DNA from: Octopus vulgaris
Taxonomy: Eukaryota
Assembly (NCBI GenBank): GCA_951406725.2
Contig: OX597824.1
Coordinates: 26,536,001 to 26,600,000 of the forward strand
Length of the DNA stretch: 64,000 nucleotides
Direction of reading: 5' to 3'
The notes under the pieces were generated by a model. That model was not told the DNA's origin. It saw only the letters and a program-made list of their open reading frames with translations, and ran no database searches. Positions 1 through 13,573 of this stretch are shown here, one piece after another (the first letter of the stretch is position 1; each line of letters begins with the position of its first letter). Position numbers and translations under genes: made by a program.

Positions 1-72
1 GCTACGCAGTGGGACAGAACCCGGAACCATGTGGTTGGGAAGAAAGCTTCTTACTACATAGCCACGCCTGCA
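1..72 (-). mobile_element. tRNA-derived SINE family A head (partial)
   Basis: Reverse complement of the head GGCGCAGGAGTGGCTGTGTGGTAAG...GGTTCCGGGTTCAGTCCCACTGCG seen full-length at 4468. Confidence 0.8.
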
Positions 73-92
73 TCTATAAAAAATGTAAATCG

Positions 93-145
<53 letters not shown>

Positions 146-221
146 TACACACATATATATATATATGTATGTATATACATATATATATATATATACATAC
201 ATACATATATATATATATATA

Positions 222-340
222 TGATCACCGTGACCTACAAGGCTATCAGATGTTGCTGCACATCGCTGGTCACAATGCACTTCACACAGTTTTAGCCTCC
301 AAATGACGCCAGCCCGCTGGCTAAGCGAGCAGACCAACAG
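222..340 (-). repeat. ~120-bp structured interspersed repeat (also 16605-16722 and 49203-49325)
   Basis: Three homologous copies, each abutting (TA)n. Confidence 0.75.
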
Positions 341-354
341 AAGAAAGCCTCTGT

Positions 355-459
355 AGGTATTTCCGCTCAATAAACACTCACAACGCCCGGTCTGGGAATT
401 GAAACCGCGATCTTACGACCACGAGTCCGCTGCCCTAACCGCTTGGCCATTGTGCCTCC
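355..459 (-). mobile_element. tRNA-derived SINE family B head (partial)
   Basis: Matches the 5' end of 53683-54061, with A/B-box-like TGGCCAAGCGG and GTTTCAATTCCC. Confidence 0.8.
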
Positions 460-469
460 AATATGTATG

Positions 470-752
<283 letters not shown>

Positions 753-771
753 CATAATGAGAAATTATAAA

Positions 772-945
772 AAATCAGAAGACGGAGACGGGTGTGTTAA
801 CGAGAAACAGATGTATTAGTTTAACGTTCCGGAAGTGAAAAAGTCTTTTGCGTTTCGAGCCTACGCTTTTCGACAGAAAGGAACACGGAAATAAACAGGG
901 AGAGAAGATAGAAAAAGGCTTCGTGGCTAGCGATCTATCATGGCG
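772..945 (-). mobile_element. HHR-bearing repeat, CUGUNGA family (degenerate copy)
   Basis: Homologous to 16765-16955, 27785-27930 and 63115-63590. The reverse strand reads CTTT CTGTCGA AAAGCGTAGGCTC GAAAC GCA AAAG. Confidence 0.7.
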
Positions 946-1071
946 AATGCCGGACAGAAGGGTCACATAGGAGAGCTGGGAAGAAGGGGAGATAATAAAG
1001 TAGTGATATACATACATATATGCACACACACACATATATGTATATATGTATACGTGTATATGTGTATGTAT

Positions 1072-1590
1072 AAATAAATATAAGAGAGTGGTCACTATAT
1101 TGATCACTCTAGCACCAGTTAATCCAAAGGTTTCAACCACGAAAATACATGTTTCCCATGAAAGCCAGTACGACTGTTAGCTCACACGGACAGGGCAAAT
1201 AAAAAATAACAAAAATACAGATTATTTTGGGACAATTGTTTCGCTATTAATGAATTAAATGTAATATAAATGTAAATTCATTAATAGCGAAACAATTGTC
1301 CCAAAATAATCTGTATTTTTGTTATTTTTTATTTGCCCTGTCCGTGTGAGCTAACAGTCGTACTGGCTTTCATGGGAAACATGTATTTTCGTGGTTGAAA
1401 ACCTTTTGATTAACTGGTGCTAGAGTGATCAATATAGTGACCACTCTCTTATATTTATTTTGTGAAAATATTATAATATGTTATAAAATATTATAATAAT
1501 CCAGGTTTCTCGTAGCACTAGGCCACTTGGTGTGGAATAAATATACTATTAAATTAGTATCTAATTCTCTCACCCTTATTAATTAATTAT
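1072..1590 (+). mobile_element. Fold-back element: 185-bp inverted arms (1072-1256 / 1275-1460) plus 3' extension; PLE pseudo-LTR-like
   Basis: Near-perfect inverted repeat. The right arm starts with an HHR 3' half, GC GAAAC AATT GTC, and ends ...CACCCTTATT. Confidence 0.8.
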
Positions 1591-2246
1591 GTGTATGTAT
1601 ATATATATCTATATCTATCTATGTATCTCTCTCTCTCTCTGTATATATATTGTTTTTTTTATTATTGTTTCATGTTTCAGCCCAAAGGCTGTGGCGATGC
1701 TGGAGCACCACCAGTGTTAAAAAAAATGCATCCTGGCAATTTCAAAGATTTCTTTTTTTACATTTGCTTTGCTCCAGCATGGCCACAGCCTTTGGGATGA
1801 AACACACAAAAGAATGAAAAGAATATAAATATATTTATATACATACGTGTGTTTGTGTGCATGTGCATACGTAAATAAGCATATATACTCGCACATGCAT
1901 AATGCAATACCGAAAAATGACCTATAACGTAAAAATATAAACGGATATGTAGCTGGCACGATTTTGAGTTGGGATTTCAACGAGCACGTGTTTGGTTACT
2001 CGGGTTTACGGGTTTACTTCTATCTGAAATAAAATAAATTGCCCATAGAACGATAACAATATAACAAATCGATCGAATGAACTATTTTTGATAGGTAAAT
2101 AGATTGACGAAACTGAAATGATAAAGGCATCGTCAACTGCATAAGACAGACGTTTAACAAATTGATTATGTATGTATATTTGTAATTCAGTTCAGAAAAT
2201 CTTACTTGCCTTAAAACTGGGTACTCTTGATTTAGTTTTACAAAAA

Positions 2247-2270
2247 TTATTATCATCATTGTTATCATCA

Positions 2271-2358
<88 letters not shown>

Positions 2359-2372
2359 CATCATCATCATCA

Positions 2373-2455
<83 letters not shown>

Positions 2456-2487
2456 ATTATCAGTATTATTATTATTACTATTATTAT
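2247..2487. repeat. (TTA)n/(TCA)n microsatellite
   Basis: Direct reading. Confidence 0.97.
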
Positions 2488-2557
2488 ACTGGTATTTTGA
2501 TGAAGCGACTGTTTACCGTGCATGTGCACTTGTCATGAAGATTTGCTCCAAAACAAA

Positions 2558-2600
<43 letters not shown>

Positions 2601-2953
2601 TGTATGTATATATATACACATATATATACACACCTAGTTACATATATATATACACACCTAGTTACACGCATGTATATATAAACATACATATATGCGTAAT
2701 ACACATACACACATATACATAAATATGTATATATACAGAAGTATACAGGCTAATACGCCTATGTTATATTACACCCACGTACAAAGCTGCGCTTAGACAC
2801 ATATAAGTATATTGTGTAAGTATTTTCATAAATCTGACATATAAAAAATATTTCTCCCTATCCCCGAGTGAAGAATTTTTTGGATTTGACAGCTTTAGAA
2901 TCTCACTTGAATTTTAATAACACGAATACGATATTGTGTACACTTTATGTACA

Positions 2954-3031
<78 letters not shown>

Positions 3032-3636
3032 TATACATATATATATATATACTTCCATATAACTATACATATATGAATACATGTATGAATTTATATGTAT
3101 AGGTGTGTATGTATCACGGCGTGCGTGCACACGAACATACACATACATGCATGCATATAAAGACACACGCACATATGCTTATACGTATATACATACATCT
3201 GTAAACATATTTATATAATTTTGTATATATGTATACACGTGTATATATACTTGGAAATATATGCATATATTTACGTACACACACAGAAACACGCACACAT
3301 ATATACATATTTACACACACATATATAAATTAATATGCAGGCGTATGTATATTTGTGTTTATGTATAATACGGGCTTTTGTTTTGCTCTGTATGTATATT
3401 CGTGAGCGTATGACTGCGTCTGCATGTGTGTGTGTGTATATAAGTGTTTCTTTGCAGGTGTGCGCATATGTGTGCTTATGTGTGCACGCACGTAAACCGA
3501 TCTCACCTCTCTGTAAAAATGTTTGCGAAGCATCTTCTGTATTTCAGTCATTTTGTTTAAAACTTCAACATGTCTTTAAAACAATATACTATATAAATAT
3601 ATATACTATATATAATATACAATATAGTATACAATA

Positions 3637-3684
<48 letters not shown>

Positions 3685-3874
3685 TTAAGTAGATACGAGT
3701 TGACCTAAAGGAGTCGAATCATTATTACATTTACTCACGTGTATTTACTTTTGATATGTTTGTGTGTTTGGGAGTGTATGCATATGTATGTTTAAGTATG
3801 TATGATGGGTGTATGTTTACATAAAGGGAATATGTATCAATATCTATCTAAATATATTAATGAGTTTGTCGGTG

Positions 3875-3980
<106 letters not shown>

Positions 3981-4104
3981 TATACTCTTTTACTCTTTAC
4001 TTGTTTCAGTCATTTGACTGTGGCCATGGTGGAGCATCGCTTTTAGTCGAGTAAATCCACTCCAGGACTTGTTCTTTGTAAGCCTAGTACTTATTCTATC
4101 TATT

Positions 4105-4365
4105 ACTTACCTCTCCGCAAAAAAATCCCTGATATTATTTAATTTGCTTTGCGGGAAGGACTGTTTCAACGAAGTCATGTCAGTTGCCATTACCTACGAA
4201 ATACAGAGTAGTCGAAACAGGGGCAACTGAAGAAGAGGAGTTTTCCTTGTGTTGTATGTCTTGTACTCTGTTCTTTCGTTGTTTGAAAAACGTCCCTTTC
4301 CATGTTTTTGTTTTTATGTTTTCGTTTCTCATTGTCTTCTACGTTTTTTGGTGTCCTGTACCCAT
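4105..4365 (+). repeat. Interspersed structured repeat (also 23085-23350 and partial 61440-61500 on minus)
   Basis: Shared GCGGGAAGGA...AACGAAGTC...GAAACAGGG.CAACTGAAGAAG...TTTTCGTTTCTCATTGT...TGTCCTGTA.CCATAT. Confidence 0.7.
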
Positions 4366-4467
4366 ATATACATGAATATATACATATAGATGTAGGTATG
4401 TACATATATGTATGTATATATGCATATGTTTAATTTATTATTTTGTTATTATATATATATATATATA

Positions 4468-4870
4468 GGCGCAGGAGTGGCTGTGTGGTAAGTAGCTTGC
4501 TAACCAACCACATGGTTCCGTGTTCAGTCTCACTGCGTGGCACCTTGGGCAAGTGACTTCTGCTATAGCCCCGGGCCGACCAATGCCTTGTGAGTGGATT
4601 TGGTAGACGGAAACTGAAAGAAGCCTGTCGTATATATGTATATATATATATATAAGTGTGTGTGTATATGTTTGTGTGTCTGTGTTTGTCCCCCTAGCAT
4701 TGCTTGACAACCGATGCTGGTGTGTTTATGTCCCCGTCACTTAGCGGTTTGGTAAAAGAGACCGATAGAATAAGTATTGGGCTTACAAAGAATAAGTCCC
4801 GGGTTGATTTGCTCGACTAAAGGTGGTGCTCCAGCATGGCCGCAGTCAAATGACTGAAACAAGTAAAAGA

Positions 4871-4872
<2 letters not shown>
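4468..4872 (+). mobile_element. Full-length tRNA-derived SINE family A (octopus OR/OK-type) with internal microsatellite
   Basis: tRNA-like head, CCTTGGGCAAG central block, (TA/TG)n, and tail ending GACTGAAACAAGTAAAAGAGT; about 20 full or partial copies in the window. Confidence 0.9.
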
Positions 4873-4901
<29 letters not shown>

Positions 4902-4902
4902 T

Positions 4903-5124
4903 ACTCTTTTTACCCTTTTACTTGTTTCAGTCATTTGATTATGGCCATGCTGGAGCACCGCCTTTAGTCGAGCAAATCCACCCCAGGACTTATTCTTTGT
5001 AAGCCAACTACTTATTCTATCGGCCTCTTTTGCCGAACCGTTAAGGTACGGGAACGTAAACACACCAGCATCGGTTGTCAAGCGATATTGGAGGGACAGA
5101 CATATACACACAAACATGCACACA

Positions 5125-5192
<68 letters not shown>

Positions 5193-5249
5193 CATATATA
5201 TACGACAGGCTTCTTTCAGTTTCCGTGTAACAAATCCACTCACAAGGCT
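4903..5249 (-). mobile_element. SINE family A, 5'-truncated
   Basis: Reverse complement of 4585-4872. Confidence 0.85.
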
Positions 5250-5886
5250 TTATGTAGTAATGTAGATAAACACAAGTTATGCTCCTCTAGCTCTCACCAA
5301 CAAGCTAGTACGTACACACGTACACACACTACACGTATATACGACACTAAAGTGACAGAGGTTAATAAGTAGTGCCAGCCTTGTTAGAAATAAGACTCAA
5401 AACAACCCAATAACCAAAGAAACGTATGATTGATAAGGAGAGACAAGTTCCCTATTGGACATAGCTAGATCGCCAGTCATCTTGAATGTTGATGAAGAGC
5501 ATCTTAGCTCTCCTCAGATTAACCCTCCAAACACTCTGAAATGTTCGTATTGGTGCATCCGTCGCGAATGCCAAGCAGTAGAGCATCTCGTTTCCAAATT
5601 TCTGGCAGATGCTGTTCTCCTCACAGACGGTGCCAAAGTAACACTACTATACTGTGCAGTCGACAAAATCAAAGACAAAGTACGTGCGCGAAATTAAAAA
5701 CATAAACTGGTAACACTTTATCCATCGCAACTTCTGAGTGTGTTTGTGTGTATATGTATGTATGCATATATGTATGTTTGTATGTATGTATGTATGTATG
5801 TATGTATGTATGTATGTATGTATGTATGTATGTATGTACGTACGTACGTATCTCTCTCTCTCTATATATATATATGTGTTTACTCC

Positions 5887-5940
<54 letters not shown>

Positions 5941-5942
<2 letters not shown>

Positions 5943-6171
5943 GGAGTAAACACATAAATGTGAAACAAGGTGGAAAAAAGAGTACTCAATACCAGTGGTA
6001 GAGTAATATGCTTTATTTAAAGCAGCAGAAAATTCAACAAAACCTGTTACTCTGAGTTTCCCGTTGCAGTTCATCGGACAGTTTTTGCTAGAACGTTCTA
6101 GCAAAAACTGTCCGATGAACTGCAACGGGAAACTCAGAGTAACAGGTTTTGTTGAATTTTCTGCTGCTTTA

Positions 6172-6176
<5 letters not shown>
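5941..6176 (-). mobile_element. Palindromic HHR element (perfect 82-bp arms 6013-6094 / 6095-6176) in (TA)n
   Basis: Spacer-less palindrome centred on GAAC|GTTC, with an HHR in each arm. Confidence 0.85.
6104..6150 (+). ncRNA. Type I hammerhead ribozyme-like motif (mirror copy on minus strand 6039-6085)
   Basis: AAAACUGU CCGAUGA ACUGCAACGG GAAAC UCAGA GUA ACAGGUUUU. Stem I CUGU/ACAG, stem III ACUC/GAGU, GUA site; U4C core deviation. Confidence 0.7.
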
Positions 6177-6249
<73 letters not shown>

Positions 6250-6604
6250 TAAGGGGAAAAATTTGAATATTAATTTGATTAATATCAATTTAAAACCAAT
6301 GGTCTAGCATATAGAAAAATCTGAAGAATCAGAAAAATTATTTTACATAAATATAAGTGGGATGACCACTAAGTGGATATCCATTATGCTAGAAGTCGAC
6401 CCTCTATTGTCTTATCACTAAGAAAGGAATGTTCTCAAGAAAATTTAGCAAATGCCAGAACGCAAGCGAGCAAGACAAATGAAAAGATACAAAATATACA
6501 GATTAATCACTAATCAGTTTTTCATGAAAACATTCCTTTCTAAGTGGTAAGACCATAGAGGGTCGACTTCTAGCATAATGGATGTCCACTCAGTGGTCAT
6601 CCCC

Positions 6605-6610
<6 letters not shown>
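6250..6610 (-). mobile_element. Fold-back element (arms ~6352-6442 / 6519-6610) between (TA)n tracts
   Basis: Imperfect ~90-bp inverted repeat. Shares CTAGACCA.TGGT and a CCCTTA 3' end with the 1072 and 20851 elements. Confidence 0.75.
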
Positions 6611-6635
<25 letters not shown>

Positions 6636-6737
6636 GCTGTTGTATATTCCTTCACGAGTAATACCTGGCTCATAAGGGCCGGTATACCGGTTTCATTAGC
6701 GTATAGTTTCCCCACCTGGACGGGATATATATGCATA

Positions 6738-7040
6738 GAGTGGCGGACTGGGTCTAAAAATATTGGTTGCCAGGAGACAAAGGGGGCCCACCTGCAACTA
6801 CAATGCTATCATTTAATTTTTTTAATATTTTTGTTAAAAGTATTCTTTTCAACTGTAAACAAACACAGGCAGGCTGAAATAATTAGTGCATTCTTTCAGG
6901 AGTGAATAAGAAATACTGAAACTTTAGGGGATAAGCTCCTTAGATACTAACATGCCCCTCCCCCCCACACATATGGATTCTAATGGCGCAGGGGCCCACT
7001 TGCCATCGGGCAAGCTGGCAACTTGGTCAGTCTGCCACTG
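6738..7040. mobile_element. Non-autonomous DNA transposon (hAT-like MITE)
   Basis: Terminal inverted repeats GAGTGGCGGACTG / CAGTCTGCCACTG and internal GGGGCCC motifs; no clear TSD. Confidence 0.55.
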
Positions 7041-7084
7041 TACATCCATATATGTATTATATCTATCTATCTATCTTTTTTTTA

Positions 7085-7232
7085 TTTTATCCCCCACCCC
7101 TTTTTTGTCCTCTTTCTTTCCAATTACGGTCCCTTTTGATCGAAAACCAACCCCCTTCTTTTACCCCCAAAAGAAAAGCTCTACCTCGTAATTTTGTCCT
7201 GTCTGTGCAGCCCTGTGTGGCTAATAAAGAAA
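7085..7232 (+). mobile_element. Tx1/L1-like LINE 3' UTR fragment
   Basis: Same 3' end (GCAGCCCTGTGTGGCTAATAAAGAAAC then (CTAT)n) as 54297-54757 and 57039-57744. Confidence 0.75.
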
Positions 7233-7234
7233 CA

Positions 7235-7325
<91 letters not shown>

Positions 7326-7656
7326 ATACAAGCTACTGAATTTCTTGTGTATATAAAAAGATTCACTACTTGTTACTCTGGGATCGGTCAAATGATGTAA
7401 ACACCTTTGAGAACCAATAAGGTTCGAAAACCAATTAAGGTTACTCATCACTATCAATCTACGGAAACAGTTAAATTTACCAGTTTGTGTGTCTACGGTG
7501 GGAAAGCATGTATATAAACACGTACAGACACACACACACACTGACACACACACACACTGACACACACACACACTGACACACTGACACACACACAAATGCA
7601 CACACACACACACATTCACACAAATACTATGTATGTATACAAATATGTATGTATTC

Positions 7657-8177
7657 TTTTACATGTCTCAGTCATTTGACTGCGGCCATGCTAGAGCACT
7701 GTCTTAGAGGGTTTCAGTCAAACAAATGAAGGCCAGGACTTATTCTTTGTAAGTCTTGTACCCATTCTATCGGCGTCTTTAGCCGAACCGCTAAGTTACG
7801 GCGACGTAAACACACCAACATCGGTTGTCAAGTGATGGTGAAGGAACGAACACAGACACAAAGACAAACAAATAAATAAAAAAGATACATACATACATAC
7901 ATACATACATGCATACATACATACATACATACATACATACATACATACATACATACAAAATACATACACACACACACACACACACTTATATATAGATATA
8001 TATAGGACGGGGTTCTTCCAGTTTCCGTCTACCGAATCAGCTCACAAGGCTTTGGTTAGTCCGTGTCTATAGTGGCTATAGTGGAAGACACTCGTTCAAG
8101 GTGCCATGCAGTTTGACTGAACCCAAAACCACGTCGTTGCGAAACAACTTTCTTACCACACAGCCATGCCTGCGCCT
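7657..8177 (-). mobile_element. Full-length SINE family A (diverged)
   Basis: Reverse-complement homology to 4468-4872. Confidence 0.85.
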
Positions 8178-8313
8178 ATATGTGTGTGTGTATATATATA
8201 TATAATTGTAGTTGTCATTTTAGTAAATAAATAAGTTGACATAATATAATGTCTAAAAGTTGATGAACCACCTATTGATCCCTCCATTTTCTTATTGCTC
8301 TCTCTCTCTCTCT

Positions 8314-8365
<52 letters not shown>

Positions 8366-8503
8366 TAATATAGGATGAAGTTTTTTACAGAAAAAATTTC
8401 ATCAAATAGTGGCAGCATATTAAAATACCTTTAAAGGTTAAAATTATAAACAATTTATATACAAGGGCAAAAGAAGGGCATGGAAATAATTTTCTTTTGC
8501 CCC

Positions 8504-8551
<48 letters not shown>

Positions 8552-8556
8552 CGCGT

Positions 8557-8930
8557 TTAGAATGACGATTTAGAAATACTAATGAAACACGCTGATTTTA
8601 CTCTTGTCACCTCATCTACTACACCATCAAGTCCATTGTTCCATAGCAGTGACCTCCGACTTATTAGCTCCTTTTGAATAAGAACAATACTCCTTATCTT
8701 TTCACCCTTTCCTCTTTCGTTCAAAAAGGTCAATAATTCTGCACATCCTTTGATATCATTTCCCTTGCTCGCCCATATCCACTTCCTTAACACACCTAAG
8801 TACTATATACCATATTGACCTGAAATAAATAGTCAATTGATATTCTTACCCAAATCCACTTCAGCTATACACACCCATACTAGACTTAGGATTTGATAAT
8901 TTCGTTTGATGTGATGATTTTCAAACTCCA
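8557..8930 (-). pseudogene. Decayed LINE reverse transcriptase C-terminal fragment
   Basis: Minus strand shows a Y-x-YLGV thumb-like motif (GGATATAGTACTTAGGTGTG) followed by protein-like ORF 8557-8793; clade not determined. Confidence 0.35.
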
Positions 8931-9529
8931 AAGAACACGACCAATTTTATAAGTGCACTCATTTGAACACATGGAGACTAGGATATAATATTTTCAAACG
9001 TCACGCTACTCCCTGTGTGAGTATGAGTGGTTTTGGCACAGCTGTTTCGGCCGCACCTGTTTGGCGTTACTGATTGAACGCCGACTTATTTGACATCAGA
9101 CGTTCTAATGCTTCTCTCGTCTACCTCTCTCCTTCTCTTCCTGCTTTTTTTTTGTGTGCATGAGCCTGTTTCCCTTTATAAGTTTGTAGAGAAAGAAAGT
9201 GTTTATGTCAATCCTGCTCACTCAATAAATTGTAATGTCCCTCTCTCTCCCTCCCTTTCTCTCCCTCTCTCTCTGTATGTGTATATTTCTGCATGCACAT
9301 ACGCGTCCGTGTGAGCGTGCGTGTGTGTTTCCCTCCGGTGCTAAAAAGTGCTGTTGCCAAAACGGATTCAATGTCCAGTCAGCCGTTACAAATCACTAGC
9401 GTCTCAACAGCCGCGTATAGTTGGCTCATTCTGTACTTGAATAGATGTTGTAACAAGCGCACTTATGGCTGAATGATTAAGAAGGGCGCATCACAGTTAT
9501 GTCATTCATGAGATAATTCCAACGTCTTT

Positions 9530-9540
9530 CCTTCTTTCAT

Positions 9541-9616
<76 letters not shown>

Positions 9617-9618
9617 TT

Positions 9619-9658
<40 letters not shown>

Positions 9659-9762
9659 TCCTTCTTTCCCTTTTCTTTCTTTCTTTCTTTCTTTCTATCT
9701 TTCTTTTTCTTTCTTTGTTTTTTATATGTTTGTTTGTTTGCTTGATTGAATCTGTCTTTCTG

Positions 9763-9830
<68 letters not shown>

Positions 9831-10029
9831 ACTTTCTCTCTTCCTTCATTTCTTTCTTTCATTCTTTCTTCCTTTCTTTCTTTTTTCTTTGTTCCTTTGT
9901 TCTTTTGTTTGTTTGTTTGTTTGTTTCCTTCCTTTTTTCTTTCTTTGTTTTTTTATATATGCTTGTTTGCTTGATTAAATCTTTCTTTCTGTCTTTCTTT
10001 CGTTCTCTCTTTCTTTCTTTCTTTCGTTA

Positions 10030-10071
<42 letters not shown>

Positions 10072-10430
10072 ACTTTCTCTCTTCCTTCATTTCTTTCTTG
10101 CATTCTTTCTTCCTTTCTTTCTTTTTTCTTTGTTCCTTTGTTCTTTTGTTTGTTTGTTTGGTTGTTTCCCTCCTTTTTTCTTTCTTTGTTTTTTTTATAT
10201 GCTTGTTTGCTTGATTAAATCTTTCTTTCTTCTGTCTTTCTTTCTTTCTTCCTAGCTTTCGTTCGATCGTTTCTTCGTTCCTTCTTTTGTCCGGTCGTGC
10301 GTTCGTTCGTTCGCGCCTTCCTTCCTTCCTTCCTTCCTTCCTTCCTTCCTTCCTTCCTTCCAACCTTGCTTTCTTCTTTCCTTCGTTCCTTCCTCCCTCC
10401 CTTTCTCTTTTCTTTCCTTCAATCTTCTTT
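9530..10430. repeat. (CTTT)n/(CCTT)n polypyrimidine tract with an internal ~240-bp tandem duplication
   Basis: GTTTGCTTGATT.AATC recurs at ~9735, ~9965 and ~10205. Confidence 0.9.
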
Positions 10431-11080
10431 CCCTCACTCCTCGCTCCTAATAGATATCGGACTCTTTGTAAATAAAGATCATACGCACTGTTCTTCGGCC
10501 AATAACTTAGTAATGTACTCTTACAGTTTTACACCGCACCAACGTCAGCACGATATAATAATGATCAAGAAAACTAAAGAGTAAACTTACCAAGCATTTT
10601 AGAGTGCGAAGAGGAGTTCAATGCTCATAATATATTCAAATACTTAATGCTGCTTAATGTTAAAAACACATTCATAAACGGATCACAGGCAATCTCTATC
10701 TCACATAAATTATCACGCATAACATTTTCTACACTTCTAACATAACAGTGGCGTTGTGCACCTCTTCGTCTTTTTAATGCAACATAACAAAAGTAATGGA
10801 TGTTTGTGTGTATATATATATATATATATAAGTATATATAAGTATATATATATATATATATAAGTATATATGTATATATATATATAAGTATATATATATG
10901 TATATATGTGTGTGTGTATGTGTATGTGTGTGTATGGATATTTGTGTGTGTGCGTACATATATATATATATAGATATAAATATACATATATATACATACA
11001 CACACACATGTAAATAATTGTATATATGAATATGTGTATATATACATAAATCATGCATACATGCATGCATATATACATAT

Positions 11081-11137
<57 letters not shown>

Positions 11138-11283
11138 ATATAAGTTTATAGATGGATAGATTGACGTGCTTATTTCCATCTATAAGGTTCTATATAACAT
11201 TCTACATCAAAACAGCGCAACTTAAGTTTACATACACACACAAGCATATATGTATACACAACCAAAATATATACATGATACAT

Positions 11284-11332
<49 letters not shown>

Positions 11333-11551
11333 TGAAGGAAAAGAGCGGGATAGGGAGAAACAGGAAATGATGAAGACTAAGACTGAATGTAGAGTACATA
11401 TGTAATATAGACTTTCATAAAAAATACAATGGTAAACCAATAAACGTATAAGAAATGCGCAATAGGGATTATATGGAAATGTCGAAGATAATCCGGAATT
11501 ACTTGCAGGTAATATCTAATGCACTGTACAATACCAAAATACAAGATGAAT

Positions 11552-11623
<72 letters not shown>

Positions 11624-11886
11624 ATATAAGCTTCTAGCCATACATTATCCAGTGTCACAGACAGCCACTAATGGTTGATATCAGCGTAATTTTGTTGATA
11701 TTTTAATAAACAGCCTAGCACACTAAATCTTAGCATCATTTGAATGCTCAGAGAGCTCTGCATAGCTGTATGAAGCAAAAACGATCAGTTCAATACTGAG
11801 CACAAGCAGCAGAAAAAGCTCTCGCGGTAATTTGATCTAGATTCAAGGGAAGACTACGACACAAAACCGTTCGATTCACTTCAACA

Positions 11887-11942
<56 letters not shown>

Positions 11943-12019
11943 GTATGTATGTATATATGTATGTGCATATGTGTGTGTGTGTGTGTGTGTATGTGGATAT
12001 GTGTTTAGATTCTTATCTA

Positions 12020-13170
12020 TACATAGATAGAGGCGTTGCTGCTTGATTAAGCCCGGTTTGATTAAGAATGCATCGCTTAGATTTCTTTACGATGTTCTAG
12101 CTCATGCTCTCTCGTATTCTGCTAACTTTCCGATTCAAGATATGACTAGATAGCTAGCTTTGTATTTTTCTTTTTGCTTTCTTGTTAGTAGGAAAAATTG
12201 GTTCCTGGCGTATATTTGAAGCCACTTTCGTACAGCTCAATATATTTCTTCTTTCGGCTTCCCAGACGATTGTGCAATCATGCATATCTGGTATAGTGAG
12301 CATCTATGAAGGTACCCGAAGTTGCAGTCTGGAGTTCGTCAGGTTATGATAAAAGATATTTCCCATATTAGGACCGCGACAGTAGGAAGCTTCCATGGAA
12401 GAATTACTTATTTCTATGGCTATCGAGGAAATGTTTATCTATAAGGGTTTAAAAAAATTGTACTTACGTTAGGTCCCACATTCAGGACGAAAGGGGAAGC
12501 CAGCCATATTACTTCCCTAAGTCTAATTTAAGCTTGATTCTTGTTTGCGACGGAGCGTACGAAATTTCTTTCAGGCCTATGTGGTCCAGGACGCTATTAC
12601 AATAGAAGGCTGCCGTAACAAAAATTTCTTTCCAGAAAGGTAAGTTACTGATGCATATTTAATATAAGTTTTATAAAAACGATAAGGGTGGGATGTTTGT
12701 TTGTGTATATACCTAACTTTTTTTTATTTGGTTTATGGTAAAGCTTGCAGATGCTTAAATGTAGGTCTGGGGAAGCATCTAAAAATTCGACGTCGATTGT
12801 AGCTACTCTGATTTTAAGACCCATAGTGCTCAAGATGGGTTTGGTTTTTTTCCTGCAGGTGTCTAACGTATGATTGGCATAGCCATGGGATATGTCTAAG
12901 CCACCATCTCAGTGTAAGCCACAATCATGGGTGGGTAACTTAGTTTCAGGGTCTGTCGTATAAAAAGTACTAGATTACATATATCTAGTACATATATCTT
13001 ACATTGCAAATGATAGTGGCCTATTCTCATTTCTTGATCCAAACTGAACCATTATCTAAGAGGAGGGTTTTACGTGTATGCATGATTAACTTAAATTTCA
13101 GTTTAGTCAATGGAGATATATGTTTTAGCGAACTCGATTGCATTATCTAAGAAGGTCCTCGATATTGCGT
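12020..13170 (-). pseudogene. Decayed Penelope-like element (RT + C-terminal GIY-YIG)
   Basis: Minus-strand remnants: GLH*DGGL (GLYRDDGL-like), GLKI..VEFLD..DL..KLYHKPN..NKHP, ASYCRGPNMGNI, IVWEA..KYIELYESGFK (YIG-like). Confidence 0.7.
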
Positions 13171-13184
13171 GACAAAAGTCCACG

Positions 13185-13573
13185 GTTGTGTGGTAAGTAG
13201 CTTTCTTACCAACCACATCGTTCTGGGTTCAGTCCCACTGCGTGGCACCTTGGGCAAGTGTCTTCTACTATAGCCTCGGACCTACTAAAGCCTTGTGAGT
13301 GGATTTGGTAGACGGAAACTGAAAGAAGCTCGTCGTGTATATGTATATGTTTGTGTGTCTGTGTTTGTCTCCCCCCCCACAACATCGCTTGACAACCGAT
13401 GCTGGTGTGTTTACGTCCCCGTAACTTAGCGGTTCAGCAAAAGAGACCTATAGAATAAGTACTAGGCTTACAAAGAATAAGTCCTGGGGGGCGATTTGCT
13501 CGACTAAAGGCGGTGCTCCAGCATGGCCGCAGTCAAATGACTGAAACAAATAAAAGAGTAAAAGAGTAAAAGA
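13185..13573 (+). mobile_element. Near full-length SINE family A
   Basis: Homology to 4468-4872. Confidence 0.9.

Noticed and set aside
5300-5735. Possible host exon or gag-like zinc knuckle remnant
   Set aside because: No convincing motif or splice-bounded frame by eye; needs BLASTX.
6316-6345. AAAAU CUGAAGA AUCA GAAAAAUU AUUUU hammerhead-like string
   Set aside because: No stem II, and opposite to the element's inferred sense; likely chance in AT-rich DNA.
9030-9410. Possible DNA-transposon termini (GGC..GTTTCGGC / GCCAAAACGG)
   Set aside because: Inverted similarity too degenerate to define ends.
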